Part shown: in pieces, positions 18,757 through 28,357 of the stretch | Position numbering within the stretch: position 1 is the stretch's first letter | Layout: each line of letters begins with the position of its first letter | Source: Acidobacteriota bacterium | Lineage (GTDB): Bacteria; Acidobacteriota; UBA890; WLXD01 | NCBI GenBank assembly: GCA_965248695.1 | Contig: CBDFKD010000002.1 | Span: 5,472,001 to 5,536,000 of the forward strand | DNA: 64,000 nucleotides | Direction of reading: 5' to 3' | The notes under the pieces: model-generated | The model's database searches: none | The model's input: only the letters and a program-made list of their open reading frames with translations | What the model was told of the DNA's origin: nothing | Made by a program: the position numbers and the translations under genes

Positions 18757-19467
18757 GTGCAAGCGACCATCGTCGCCCGTGGGCTCGGCAAACGATTCGG
18801 CGGCCACGTGGGGCTGGCCGATGTCGACCTGGACGTGCCGGCGGGTGAGTTTCTCACCATCTTCGGCCCCAACGGTGCCGGCAAGACCACCTTGATTCGT
18901 TGCCTGGCGACGCTGGCGCGCCCGACCACGGGCACGGTCGAGCTTCTCGGCGTCGCACTGGCCACGGCCGACGCCGGGATCCGATCGCGAATCGGCGTCG
19001 TCTCGCACCAGTCGTTTCTGTACGGGCAGCTCACCGCGCGCGAGAACCTGCTCTTCTACGCCCGTATGTTTGCAGTAGACGACGCTGACGACCGTGTTCG
19101 CGCGGTGGCCGATGTCGTTCAGCTGACGGATCGGCTTGACGATCAGGTGCGGACGTTCTCTCGCGGGCTGGTGCAGCGCTGCGCCATCGCGCGCGCGCTC
19201 GTGCATGAGCCTGAGATGTTGCTGTTTGACGAACCATTCTCGGGACTCGACCCGCTGGCTGCCGCACGGCTGGCGGATATGCTGCGAGCGGCGCACGAGG
19301 CCGGGCGTACCGTTGTCATGACCAGCCACGACCTGCGCCGCGGCATCGAGCTGGCAGATCGCGTGGCTGTGCTGCGGCGTGGTCGGCTGGTGCATATCCA
19401 GCCGGCAGCCACGGCGAGCGACTTCGAGGCCACCTACTACGGTCTCGTTACGGACGCTGACCGGTGA
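18757..19467 (+). CDS. ccmA: Heme exporter ATPase CcmA
   Basis: GPNGAGKTT, FSRG signature, FDEPFSGLD; upstream of ccmB. Confidence 0.9.
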   Translation: MQATIVARGLGKRFGGHVGLADVDLDVPAGEFLTIFGPNGAGKTTLIRCLATLARPTTGTVELLGVALATADAGIRSRIGVVSHQSFLYGQLTARENLLFYARMFAVDDADDRVRAVADVVQLTDRLDDQVRTFSRGLVQRCAIARALVHEPEMLLFDEPFSGLDPLAAARLADMLRAAHEAGRTVVMTSHDLRRGIELADRVAVLRRGRLVHIQPAATASDFEATYYGLVTDADR

Positions 19468-20141
19468 GCGCCGCCCGCCGCATCGCCCTCATCGTCGCCA
19501 AGGACCTGCGTGGCGAGCTGCGCACCAAGGAGGCCCTGACCTCGACGGTGTTCTTCTCACTGCTGGTGTTGTTGGTGTTCAACTTCGCGTTCGATCCCGG
19601 TACCCGTGACCTGAGCGTCGTCGGCGCCGGCATCCTGTGGATCGCCTTTCTGTTCGGGTCCATCCTGGCGATGAACCGCCTGATGCTCGACGAGCGCGAG
19701 GATGCCAGCCTCGAGGGGCTGATGCTCTGCCCGGTTGAGCGCACCAGCCTGTACGTCGCCAAGTGCATCACGTTGTTCGTGTTACTCACAACGACGGAGA
19801 CCGTGACCCTGGGCCTGTTCATAGTGTTCTTCAATGTGCCGGTAGATGGTCACTTCGGCGGGCTTGTCCTCGTCGTCGGACTCGGGACCATCGGGCTGGT
19901 GGCTTTGGGCACCACTCTCGCCACCATGTCGGTTCGGACAAGGACTAGAGAAGTGATGTTACCGCTGCTGCTCATACCTGTCGCCGTCCCGCTCTTGATT
20001 GCCTGCGTCGAGACAACCGGCTCCATTTTGGCCGGTCGAGGTCTCGCAGACGAGCTACACTGGCTGCAGCTGCTGACCGCTTTCGACGCGTTGTTCTTAG
20101 CGCTCGGGTACATGACATTCCCCGCCTTGCTCGAGGAGTGA
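19464..20141 (+). CDS. ccmB: Heme exporter permease CcmB
   Basis: KDLRGELR, GILWIA, E.EDASLEGL, LPLLLIPVAVP. Confidence 0.92.
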   Translation: MSAARRIALIVAKDLRGELRTKEALTSTVFFSLLVLLVFNFAFDPGTRDLSVVGAGILWIAFLFGSILAMNRLMLDEREDASLEGLMLCPVERTSLYVAKCITLFVLLTTTETVTLGLFIVFFNVPVDGHFGGLVLVVGLGTIGLVALGTTLATMSVRTRTREVMLPLLLIPVAVPLLIACVETTGSILAGRGLADELHWLQLLTAFDALFLALGYMTFPALLEE

Positions 20142-20875
20142 AACGCGTGACCGCCATCCGAATCGAGACCCCCCCCGCCGGTGGCGCTGACTTTCTCCGC
20201 ACACTCGTAGTGCTCGCGCTTGTAGCATCGCTCGTCGCGCTGTGGGCGGCGTTCATCTATGCGCCCACCGAACGCACGGAGCGTGACGTGCAGCGCATCC
20301 TGTACATGCATGTGCCCGCGGCCATGACCATGTACGTCGCGTACGGTCTCGTGTTTCTCGCCAGCGTCATGTACTTGGCGCGGCGCGACAGCCGCTGGGA
20401 CGAGTTGGCCGCAGCGTCGGCCGAGGTCGGGACAGTGTTCGCCACCACGGTCTTGGTTACCGGCCCCATTTGGGCCAAGAAAGCATGGGGTACGTATTGG
20501 ATCTGGGACGCGCGCCTCACCAGCATGTTGGTGTTGTGGCTGATTTTCTGCGCCTACCTGATGCTGCGCGCGTACGGGGGCGACCGCGAACAGGTGGCAC
20601 GCTACTGTGCCGTCTTGGCCATCATCGGCTTCGCCGACCTTCCGATAATCCACTACTCGGTACAGTGGTGGCGCACACTCCACCCTGAGCCCAAGATCAT
20701 GACGCAAGGCTCCATGGGCGGCGGCTTGGAGCAATCTATGCTGATTGCTTTCGCGCTCGGCACCCTGGCAGCATTTATGCTATTCGCAGTCCTGCTGCGA
20801 CTGCGATTGCGTCTCGAGCGCGCAGGGCGCCGGGTCGACGTAGCCGGGCAGCTACTTCGTTCGGAAATTTTGTGA
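20138..20875 (+). CDS. ccmC: Heme exporter CcmC
   Basis: RILYMHVP, TGPIWAKKAWGTYWIWDARLT, SVQWWRTLHP. Confidence 0.96.
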   Translation: MKRVTAIRIETPPAGGADFLRTLVVLALVASLVALWAAFIYAPTERTERDVQRILYMHVPAAMTMYVAYGLVFLASVMYLARRDSRWDELAAASAEVGTVFATTVLVTGPIWAKKAWGTYWIWDARLTSMLVLWLIFCAYLMLRAYGGDREQVARYCAVLAIIGFADLPIIHYSVQWWRTLHPEPKIMTQGSMGGGLEQSMLIAFALGTLAAFMLFAVLLRLRLRLERAGRRVDVAGQLLRSEIL

Positions 20876-20891
20876 CTTGGCGGCAGAGGGA

Positions 20892-21047
20892 ATGACGACA
20901 ACGATGAGCGACCTCGGGTTCTTGTTCGCCGGTTTCGCCGCCGCCTGGGCGGTCGCGTTCGCGTATCTGTGGTCTCTCGCGAAGCGCACGCAGGCTCTGC
21001 AGCAGCAGCTCAGTAGGATCGAGGAACGTATCGACCGGGACGGCTGA
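20892..21047 (+). CDS. ccmD: CcmD small membrane protein (51 aa; below ORF-track cutoff)
   Basis: MTTTMSDLGFLFAGFAAAWAVAFAYLWSLAKRTQALQQQLSRIEERIDRDG; TM plus charged helix directly after ccmC; SD GAGGG. Confidence 0.85.
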   Translation: MTTTMSDLGFLFAGFAAAWAVAFAYLWSLAKRTQALQQQLSRIEERIDRDG

Positions 21048-21075
21048 GGTTCGGCATTCGATCATCAAGACTCGG

Positions 21076-22263
21076 TCAGCTCAGATCGTCAAGAAACGAC
21101 ACGCCGTCCGAAGGTGCATCAACGCGGAAGTTCTCCAAGATCGTGGCACCAAGGTCCGCGAACGCATGCGACCCGAGTGATCCAGACCGTACGTGGTCGC
21201 CGATTGCCAGCAACGGTGCGCATTCGCGAGTGTGATCTGTCCCGGGCCAGGTTGGATCGTTGCCGTGGTCGGCAGTGAGCATCAGCATGCCGTCGACCGG
21301 CAACGATTCCAGCCAGGCCGGAATCGCCCGGTCAAGCTGCTGCAACGCCATCGCGTACCCGGCGACATCGTTGCGGTGACCGAACAGCGAGTCGAAGTCG
21401 AGCAGGTTAGCAAGCACGAACGGCTCGCGCGGTTCCGCCAAACAGCGGCGGATCGCCTCGATTCCACTGGCGTTGTCAGCTGTTTTCTCGAACGCGTCGA
21501 TGCCGCGTCCACCGAAGACGTCGTTGATCTTGCCGATGGCCCGCGTACCGACGCCGGCTTGGCTCAGGTAGTCGAGCGCCGTGCACCGCGGCGGCGGCAG
21601 CGCGTAATCACGACGTTGCGACGACAAGCGGACGAACGCTCCCGGTCCGGCGCCGGTGAACGGACGGGCGATCACTCGCCCGACGCCGTGTTCGCCGGTC
21701 AGCAATCGACGAGCCTGCGCGCAGAGCGCATACAGCTCCTCGACAGGGAGCACGCGTTCATGTGCCGCAAGCTGAAAGACGCTGTCTCCCGACGTATAGA
21801 GAATCGGGTTTCCGGACCGCAAATGCTCGGCACCCAGGTCGTCGAGCACAGCCGTACCCGAGGCCTTGAAGTTGCCCAACACCTCGGTGCCAGTTGCGGC
21901 CCGGAACGCATCGACAACCGCGACGGGAAAGCCTTCCGGATACAGGGGAGGCGGGCGCTCTGCGACCACGCCCATGAGCTCCCAGTGCCCCACCATGGTG
22001 TCCTTGGCGGGGCCCTGCTCGATCAATCGCCCGTGGGCCGCGCGTGCCTCGTTCGGCGATGCCGTCAGAGCCGGTACACCGTTGATCCGATCCAGGCCGA
22101 GGGCCGCCAGGTTCGGCAGGGCGGGCGATTCCGCCTCGATGACGTGCGCCAGCGTATTCGCGCCGAGGTCACCGAACTCAGCGGCGTCGGGCGCTAGCCC
22201 ACAGCCAACGCTGTCGCAGACGACGACGACGAGGGGGTCGAATACCGGCAGGTGGCGGCCCAA
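21076..22263 (-). CDS. deoB: Phosphopentomutase
   Basis: DSVGCG..PDA..FGD.GANT, KDTMVGHWE, YTSGDSVFQ, DFDSLFGHRND, TADHGNDP..GTDHTRE. Confidence 0.95.
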   Translation of the reverse strand: MGRHLPVFDPLVVVVCDSVGCGLAPDAAEFGDLGANTLAHVIEAESPALPNLAALGLDRINGVPALTASPNEARAAHGRLIEQGPAKDTMVGHWELMGVVAERPPPLYPEGFPVAVVDAFRAATGTEVLGNFKASGTAVLDDLGAEHLRSGNPILYTSGDSVFQLAAHERVLPVEELYALCAQARRLLTGEHGVGRVIARPFTGAGPGAFVRLSSQRRDYALPPPRCTALDYLSQAGVGTRAIGKINDVFGGRGIDAFEKTADNASGIEAIRRCLAEPREPFVLANLLDFDSLFGHRNDVAGYAMALQQLDRAIPAWLESLPVDGMLMLTADHGNDPTWPGTDHTRECAPLLAIGDHVRSGSLGSHAFADLGATILENFRVDAPSDGVSFLDDLS

Positions 22264-22315
22264 TCGACGGCCCGACTAGCGCACCGCACGCCCACTAGAG
22301 TTCGTCCGCACCCTG

Positions 22316-23080
22316 CTAGCGCTCGGCGTCGGGGTCGAGACCGAGAGCGGCCGCGAGCTCGTCGGCGCGCGTCTTGGCCGACTGCGCGTACACCGAACCT
22401 TCGTGGTTGTCGACAATGCGCTGGTACGCCAGCATCGCCGCCTGTGATTCCCCAGCGGCCTCATGTGCTGTCGCCTTGGCGGTGAGCGCCTCCTCGACCG
22501 GGAACCCGGCGGGTGGATTGCGAATCACCTGATCGAACACCGCAACTGCATCCGCGAAACGGTCGTGCTGGGCGAACAGGTCACCCAGCCGGAGAAGCGA
22601 CAACGCACGCAACAACGGGGCGGTCGCCTGGGCGCCGGCGCGCAGGCTGGCTTCGGCATCCTCCAGTCCTCCCGCTTGGGCCAGGCTTGACCCCAAATAG
22701 AACGACGCGATGCGACCCGATGGGTACGTGCCGTACATATCCACTACCGCACGCAGCGCCGGGATCGCGGCCTCGAGCTTCGCCGTTTCCGTCTCGTAGA
22801 CCGGTGCAGCCGGAACGCTGGCAGGCACCGTAGTTGGCGCGCCGGCGAGCTCGGCATTGAACGCCTGCAGGGCGACAGCGAGCATCGCGGCAGCATTCTG
22901 CTCCTGTCGGTTTCGATACGACCGTATCCCGGCAAGCACCGACAGGGCGGCGACGATGAACAGCAGCACGAGGCCAATGCTCTTGCGTCGCTGCATGAAC
23001 CACGAAACAACGGTCGTGGCCCCGCGCTGAAACTCGTCCTGCTGCTTGAGATCCTTACGGACTACGTGATCTGCAGACAT
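22316..23080 (-). CDS. Membrane-anchored TPR protein (YfgM-like)
   Basis: RKDLKQ.DEF N-terminus, single TM, TPR-like helices. Confidence 0.8.
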   Translation of the reverse strand: MSADHVVRKDLKQQDEFQRGATTVVSWFMQRRKSIGLVLLFIVAALSVLAGIRSYRNRQEQNAAAMLAVALQAFNAELAGAPTTVPASVPAAPVYETETAKLEAAIPALRAVVDMYGTYPSGRIASFYLGSSLAQAGGLEDAEASLRAGAQATAPLLRALSLLRLGDLFAQHDRFADAVAVFDQVIRNPPAGFPVEEALTAKATAHEAAGESQAAMLAYQRIVDNHEGSVYAQSAKTRADELAAALGLDPDAER

Positions 23081-23116
23081 CGCAAAATCTTAGCACGGTG
23101 CCAGGGCCGCGCTTGG

Positions 23117-23587
23117 TCACTCGGACGCCTTGACGAGATCGGGCCCCTCGACCCAGAACGCGCCATCCGGTCCGGTCTCGCGCTTCCAGATGGGCGCCTC
23201 CTGCTTGAGCGTATCGATAACGTACCGCGACGCTTCGAAGGCCTCGGCGCGGTGCACGGCCGACACCGCAATCGCTACCGAAGCGTCGCCGATCTCGAGG
23301 CGCCCGACACGATGGTGAATCGCCAACGCCTCGACCTCCCAACGCTGGCAGGCGCGCTCTGCAATGTCTCTCAACACCGCCTCGGACATTGGCACGTAGG
23401 CCTCGTATTCCAGGAAGCTGACCGCCTTGCCCTCGTGATGATCGCGCACCACACCCTCGAAGGTAACGATGGCACCGGCGACGGCCGAGCTCACACGTCG
23501 CGCCAGCTCGGCGGCGGAGATTGCTTCGCCGGTCACCCGGACCTCTACCGCGCCCTTGGCCTCGCCCGTGTGTCGTTGATCGCTCAA
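23117..23587 (-). CDS. moaE: Molybdopterin synthase catalytic subunit
   Basis: GAIVTFEGVVR, LEYEAY, HRVGRL, SAVHR, LKQEAPIWKRE. Confidence 0.95.
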   Translation of the reverse strand: MSDQRHTGEAKGAVEVRVTGEAISAAELARRVSSAVAGAIVTFEGVVRDHHEGKAVSFLEYEAYVPMSEAVLRDIAERACQRWEVEALAIHHRVGRLEIGDASVAIAVSAVHRAEAFEASRYVIDTLKQEAPIWKRETGPDGAFWVEGPDLVKASE

Positions 23588-23596
23588 GGTCGCCGT

Positions 23597-23842
23597 TCAG
23601 CCGCCGCTTACCGGCGGGATCATCGCCACCACATCGCCGTCGCGCAGACGCGTATCCCAGCCGGCGTAGCCCTCGTTGACGGCCACCAGGAGACGTTCGC
23701 GCATCCCCTCGAGCGCCGGCGCCCCGGCAGCCAGCGCTGCAAAGCACTCGGCCACGGTCGCGCCGGCCGACAGCTGCAGGTTGACGCGCTCGCCGCCGCA
23801 GATCTCGCGGGCGCGGGCAAACAGCAGTACTTCTATTTGCAA
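23597..23842 (-). CDS. moaD: Molybdopterin synthase sulfur carrier
   Basis: VLLFA.ARE...VAVN...GDVVAMIPPVSGG C-terminus; TTG start inferred. Confidence 0.93.
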   Translation of the reverse strand: MQIEVLLFARAREICGGERVNLQLSAGATVAECFAALAAGAPALEGMRERLLVAVNEGYAGWDTRLRDGDVVAMIPPVSGG

Positions 23843-23855
23843 GACGCGAACGGCC

Positions 23856-24875
23856 TCAGCCGCCGATCGCCGACATCGTCCGTGCCGGCCGGACGAAATC
23901 ATCGCTGTTGATCAGGTGCCCTTCTTCCTTGCGGCGCCACGCACCGGTGATGAGCTCCAGGAGCTGGTCGTCGGATGCGCCGGTACGCATGGGTTGCTTC
24001 AGATCGACCTCTGCGAGCGAGAACAGGCAGGTGCGCAACTTGCCGTCGGCGGTTACGCGAGCGCGGTTGCAGGCGCCGCAGAACGGCCGGGTAACCGGTG
24101 AGATGATCCCGATCTCCCCTACTCCGTCACGAAACCGGAAGCGCTCGGCAGTCTCAGCCGGGTGGTTCGCGTCGACCGGCTCGAGTCCGCCCCACGCGTC
24201 GTCGAACGCCGCGTGGACTTCTCGACCTGGCACCATCATTTCTTTGCTCCACACGTCGCCGGCCTCGAGCGGCATGAACTCGATAAACCGTACGATCACG
24301 TCCAGCTCGCGCGCCAGAGCACCGAAGGCAACGAATTCATCGTCGTTGAAGCCGCGCAACGGAACCACGTTGACTTTCACCGGCCCCAGGTCTGCTTGGC
24401 GCGCGACGTCGATGGCGTCAAGCACCTTGGATAGGCCGGTACGACGGGTAAGCAGGCGGAACCGTTCCGGCCGCAGGGTATCGAGACTGATGTTCACTCG
24501 CTGCAGGCCGGCAGCGACCAGGCCGTCGATCTGCTCGCGCAGAAAGATCCCGTTCGTTGTGAGGGCCAGGTCGTGCACCCCATCGAGTCCATCTAGCGTC
24601 GCCACCAGCCGGTACAGGTCGCGTCGCAGAAGCGGCTCGCCGCCGGTAAGCCGGACCTTGGCCACCCCCAGGCCGCAGAAGAGCCGCACCACGCGCTCCA
24701 TCTCCTCGAACGTCAACAGCTCGTCGCGCGGCTGGAACTGCGGCGCTTCTTCCGGAATGCAATAGGCGCACCGCAGATTGCAGCGGTCGGTCACCGACAG
24801 ACGCAAGTCACCAACAGGGCGTCCGTAGCTATCCGCAATGGGAGGGCTGGCGGGGGCTGGCTCAAGCATGACCAC
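23856..24875 (-). CDS. moaA: GTP 3',8-cyclase
   Basis: LRLSVTDRCNLRCAYC, LTGGEPLLR, FCGACNR, C-terminal MSAIGG. Confidence 0.97.
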   Translation of the reverse strand: MVMLEPAPASPPIADSYGRPVGDLRLSVTDRCNLRCAYCIPEEAPQFQPRDELLTFEEMERVVRLFCGLGVAKVRLTGGEPLLRRDLYRLVATLDGLDGVHDLALTTNGIFLREQIDGLVAAGLQRVNISLDTLRPERFRLLTRRTGLSKVLDAIDVARQADLGPVKVNVVPLRGFNDDEFVAFGALARELDVIVRFIEFMPLEAGDVWSKEMMVPGREVHAAFDDAWGGLEPVDANHPAETAERFRFRDGVGEIGIISPVTRPFCGACNRARVTADGKLRTCLFSLAEVDLKQPMRTGASDDQLLELITGAWRRKEEGHLINSDDFVRPARTMSAIGG

Positions 24876-24942
24876 AGGCTAGCCCGGTGTCGCGCGGCGG
24901 GTCAATCGCTCCGTGGTAGCATCCGCGCTCCGGGAAGGCGAG

Positions 24943-25404
24943 ATGAGCAAACTGCAGGGTTACGGCTGGCTGCTGGTGGGGGCCGTTCTGGCCCTGGCGG
25001 TGCCGATTCTGGCGATCGATCAGCTGGCGATCGGCATTCTCTCCGCTATCCTTCCGCTGCCGTGGGGGCGGCTGGGGATCGCAGTGCTGATCTTCTGGAC
25101 CGCGGCGGCGCTCTACTTCCGCAGCCACTGGGCTGCGACACTGGATCTTCTGCAGGCCAAACACCGTCAGCTTTCCGCAGCGAACGAGCGCCTCAGAGAC
25201 ATCGCCGCCGATGCCGAGCGCTCGGCCTACCTGCTGGCCGATAATCTCGAGGAGGTCAAAGCCGGCGATGGCGGCACGCACGCCATGTATCTCGACGGCG
25301 CCCGCGCCCACGCCGCCAAGCTCGCCGACGTCGGCAAACGCTGCCGAGCCGTCGGCGCGCAGCTGGTGGCGACACCGTCTACAGATGCCGACGACCTGCG
25401 GTGA
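24943..25404 (+). CDS. Hypothetical membrane protein with coiled coil
   Basis: Two hydrophobic segments then a helical region; GTGA overlap with the Nudix gene. Confidence 0.65.
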   Translation: MSKLQGYGWLLVGAVLALAVPILAIDQLAIGILSAILPLPWGRLGIAVLIFWTAAALYFRSHWAATLDLLQAKHRQLSAANERLRDIAADAERSAYLLADNLEEVKAGDGGTHAMYLDGARAHAAKLADVGKRCRAVGAQLVATPSTDADDLR

Positions 25405-25790
25405 GCGCAGCGATCGAGGTCGTCGCAGCGGTGGTCAGGAACGGCGATCGCATCCTGCTTTGTCAGCGTCACGACGGCGATCATCTGCCGCTGATGTGGG
25501 AGTTCCCAGGCGGCAAGATCGAGGCGGACGAGACACCGACAGCGGCACTCCTGCGTGAGCTCGAAGAGGAGCTCGGCGTCGTCTCCAGCATCGGCGCGCA
25601 ACTCGCCGAGGAGCGTCATGCCTATCCCGAGAAGCGTGTCCGGTTGCGCTTCTTCGAGGCGACCATCACCGGAACGCCGGAGCCACGCGTACACCGTCAG
25701 CTGCGCTGGGTACCGCTGGCCGATCTGGGCGACTACCCGGTACCGCCACCGAACGCCCGTGTTGTGGCGCTGCTACAGACGGAGCCGTAG
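25401..25790 (+). CDS. mutT: Nudix hydrolase, MutT-like
   Basis: WEFPGGKIEADETPTAALLRELEEELG Nudix box. Confidence 0.88.
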   Translation: MSAAIEVVAAVVRNGDRILLCQRHDGDHLPLMWEFPGGKIEADETPTAALLRELEEELGVVSSIGAQLAEERHAYPEKRVRLRFFEATITGTPEPRVHRQLRWVPLADLGDYPVPPPNARVVALLQTEP

Positions 25791-26038
25791 CGCCGAGGCT
25801 AACTGCTGAGCGATGTCATCGAACGTCGACGGCTGGCTCAGATCTGACAACTGAACTGCCCCTTCGCAGACTCCGGTGAACTCGTCGTTCACTGAACCTG
25901 TGGAAACCGTTGTTGAAAATCAACCGGCCGTGACCGACGGCGCGTATGACCGCAGGGCCTGCAGCGAATTGCACCATCAGCGGTGCAGCGTGACCGGACC
26001 TCGCCGGAGCCGGCGCGCCGCACTTGTGCCACCGCCTG

Positions 26039-27115
26039 CTAGCGGCCGATCCACACGCGCCATCGATCGACTACGCGCTGACCGCGAACCACGAAACACT
26101 CCGGAAAGCACGCTGCTGTGAGACAGGAGTGGTTCGGCAGGATACGCAGGCGCGTGCCGACCGGCTGGGTACGGGAGAGCTTGCCGTGTTCCTGGCTCAG
26201 CGAAACGACCCGCAAGTCGTCGTGCAACGTGCCGGCGTCGTAGTCATCGTAGATCTCGCCCATGGTCGCTGGCGGCAAGCCCGGGTCCTTGGAGAGGGCC
26301 AGCGCGCCCGCATCGAGAATCGCGTGATCGGGCCCGCTGGAGACGACGCTGCTGACGACGGTGAGCGCGCAGTCGGTCACCGCGCAGGAGCCGAGACGTA
26401 CCTGCATCATGTCGAAGTACGCGTAGTTGCCCGGCCGCGCTTCCGTGACACCGTCCAGATTGCGGACAGCGGTCATTGATGGCGTGGAGCCAACGCTGAG
26501 GGCGGGCACCTCGTGGCCGGCGGCGCGAAGCCGCGTAGCGACCTCGACCAGGCATCGTCGCTCAGCCTCGGCGGCTTCGGCACGGCCTTCCACCGTGTCG
26601 TGATCGTAGGCATCACCGGAATGCGACAAGAGGCCCGCGAGGCGCAGCCGGCCGGAGTCGATAGCGGCCACCAGGATTTCCGCCATGTCGGCAGCCGGAT
26701 CGATACCGGCGCGGCCGTACCCGCAATCGACCTTGATCCAGGTCTTGAATGGATGCTGGGTAGCGGACAAAGCCGCCACCGCCGCCAGCGAGTCCACCAC
26801 GACGCCCAGGTCGACACGCTGCGCCAACGTCAGCGCCTGAGGGATGCGCGACAGGATCATCGGAAACGCCCAGGTGATGTCTTCGAACCCTGCGTCGGCG
26901 AACACCTCGGCCTCGAACAGCGTCGCCGCGGTGATCCCGGTGGCGCCTTCCTCGACCTGAAGCTGCCCGATCTCGACGCACTTGTGCGTCTTGACGTGAG
27001 GCCGCAGCGCCACGCCGAGCTGCTCCGCCCGCGCCGCCATGGCGCTGACGTTGCACTCCAGCTTGTCCAGGTCGACGATCAGCGCCGGAGTCGGGAGGTC
27101 ATCAAGATTCATCAT
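26039..27115 (-). CDS. PLP-dependent D-threonine aldolase/D-serine dehydratase (DSD1) family protein
   Basis: TPALIVD, LRPHVKTHK, GSTP, RPGNY, LSQEHG, ILPNHSC. Confidence 0.9.
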   Translation of the reverse strand: MMNLDDLPTPALIVDLDKLECNVSAMAARAEQLGVALRPHVKTHKCVEIGQLQVEEGATGITAATLFEAEVFADAGFEDITWAFPMILSRIPQALTLAQRVDLGVVVDSLAAVAALSATQHPFKTWIKVDCGYGRAGIDPAADMAEILVAAIDSGRLRLAGLLSHSGDAYDHDTVEGRAEAAEAERRCLVEVATRLRAAGHEVPALSVGSTPSMTAVRNLDGVTEARPGNYAYFDMMQVRLGSCAVTDCALTVVSSVVSSGPDHAILDAGALALSKDPGLPPATMGEIYDDYDAGTLHDDLRVVSLSQEHGKLSRTQPVGTRLRILPNHSCLTAACFPECFVVRGQRVVDRWRVWIGR

Positions 27116-27138
27116 CTCGGGCTCCAGTCGTTGATACG

Positions 27139-28254
27139 ATGGCTACGGCCATGTCGAGAAAGATCCTGCACCTGGACCTCGATGCCTTCTACCCCTCCGT
27201 CGAGGTTCTCGACAATCCGGAGCTCGCCGGCAAGCCGGTGATCGTGGGAGGGCTCGGAAGGCGCGGCGTCGTCGCCTCCGCCTCCTACGAAGCACGTGCG
27301 TTCCAAGTCCATTCCGCGCTGCCGATGGCGATCGCCCGCCGTCGGTGCCCGGATGGCATCTACCTGCGTCCGCGATTCGATCGCTATCGCGAGCTATCGA
27401 GATCGGTGTTCGACATTTACCGCGAGTGGACCGATCTGGTCCAGCCGTTGTCGCTCGACGAAGCCTACCTCGACGTGTCGCTGCGGCCGGAGAGTGGGGT
27501 CGACATCGCCACCCGTATCCGTCGTCTGGTGCGCGAGCGCTCCGGGCTCACCGTGTCGGCCGGTGTGGCGGGCAACAAGTTCCTCGCCAAGCTGGCGTCC
27601 GACCACGAAAAGCCTGACGGCCTGACGGCAATCGCCGCCGTCGATGCGGTCGATTTTCTGGCCCCCCTCGACGTCGAGCGCATCTGGGGCATCGGGCCTT
27701 CGACCGCCGCTCGCCTGCGAGAGGCAGGATTGTCGATGATTGGCGATCTGGCGGCCGCCCCGCCGGAACGGCTGCACCAGCTGCTGGGCAAGAGCGGCGC
27801 CCGCATCGCAGAGCTCGCGCTCGGCATCGATACCCGACCCGTAAGCAAACCGGGACAGCCGAAATCGATCTCCGCCGAGACCACGTTCGATCGCGACATC
27901 CGCAGCTGGCGGGAGGCGGCGCCACACGTTCGAGATTTCGCAACGCGACTCTGCGCTTCACTCGAGCGCCGAGATCTATGGGCCCGCACCGTCGTGCTGA
28001 AGGTCCGCTTTCACGATTTTCGCACCGTGACCCGTTCCCATACTCCCGGGCACCCCGTGAGGGAAACAGACGAGCTGCGGAACATCGCCCGCGGCCTGGC
28101 ACGACGCGTCGAGCTGCGCCGCGGAACAGGCATCCGATTGATCGGACTTGGCGTCGCCAACCTCGGGCGCCTCGATCAGCTGGCCGAGCGTGCCGGTGCC
28201 GGGTCTGCAGCCAGCCCCCTGCCGCAGATGCGACTCTTCGAGCCTGTGGAGTGA
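27139..28254 (+). CDS. dinB: DNA polymerase IV
   Basis: HLDLDAFY.SVE, ASYEAR, SLDEAY, KFLAKLASD..KPDG. Confidence 0.96.
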   Translation: MATAMSRKILHLDLDAFYPSVEVLDNPELAGKPVIVGGLGRRGVVASASYEARAFQVHSALPMAIARRRCPDGIYLRPRFDRYRELSRSVFDIYREWTDLVQPLSLDEAYLDVSLRPESGVDIATRIRRLVRERSGLTVSAGVAGNKFLAKLASDHEKPDGLTAIAAVDAVDFLAPLDVERIWGIGPSTAARLREAGLSMIGDLAAAPPERLHQLLGKSGARIAELALGIDTRPVSKPGQPKSISAETTFDRDIRSWREAAPHVRDFATRLCASLERRDLWARTVVLKVRFHDFRTVTRSHTPGHPVRETDELRNIARGLARRVELRRGTGIRLIGLGVANLGRLDQLAERAGAGSAASPLPQMRLFEPVE

Positions 28255-28357
28255 TCCCGCTTGGTTTGGTCTGAGCTGGCGGAATAGACTGTGCCGGCGC
28301 CGGTCCACGCGGGGGCCCGGCGCGGCATCGTACGGCGATTCGTTGGGGGGACGACGC

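Noticed and set aside
25899-25908. DnaA box / oriC
   Set aside because: One imperfect box only, with no cluster, DUE or dnaA context
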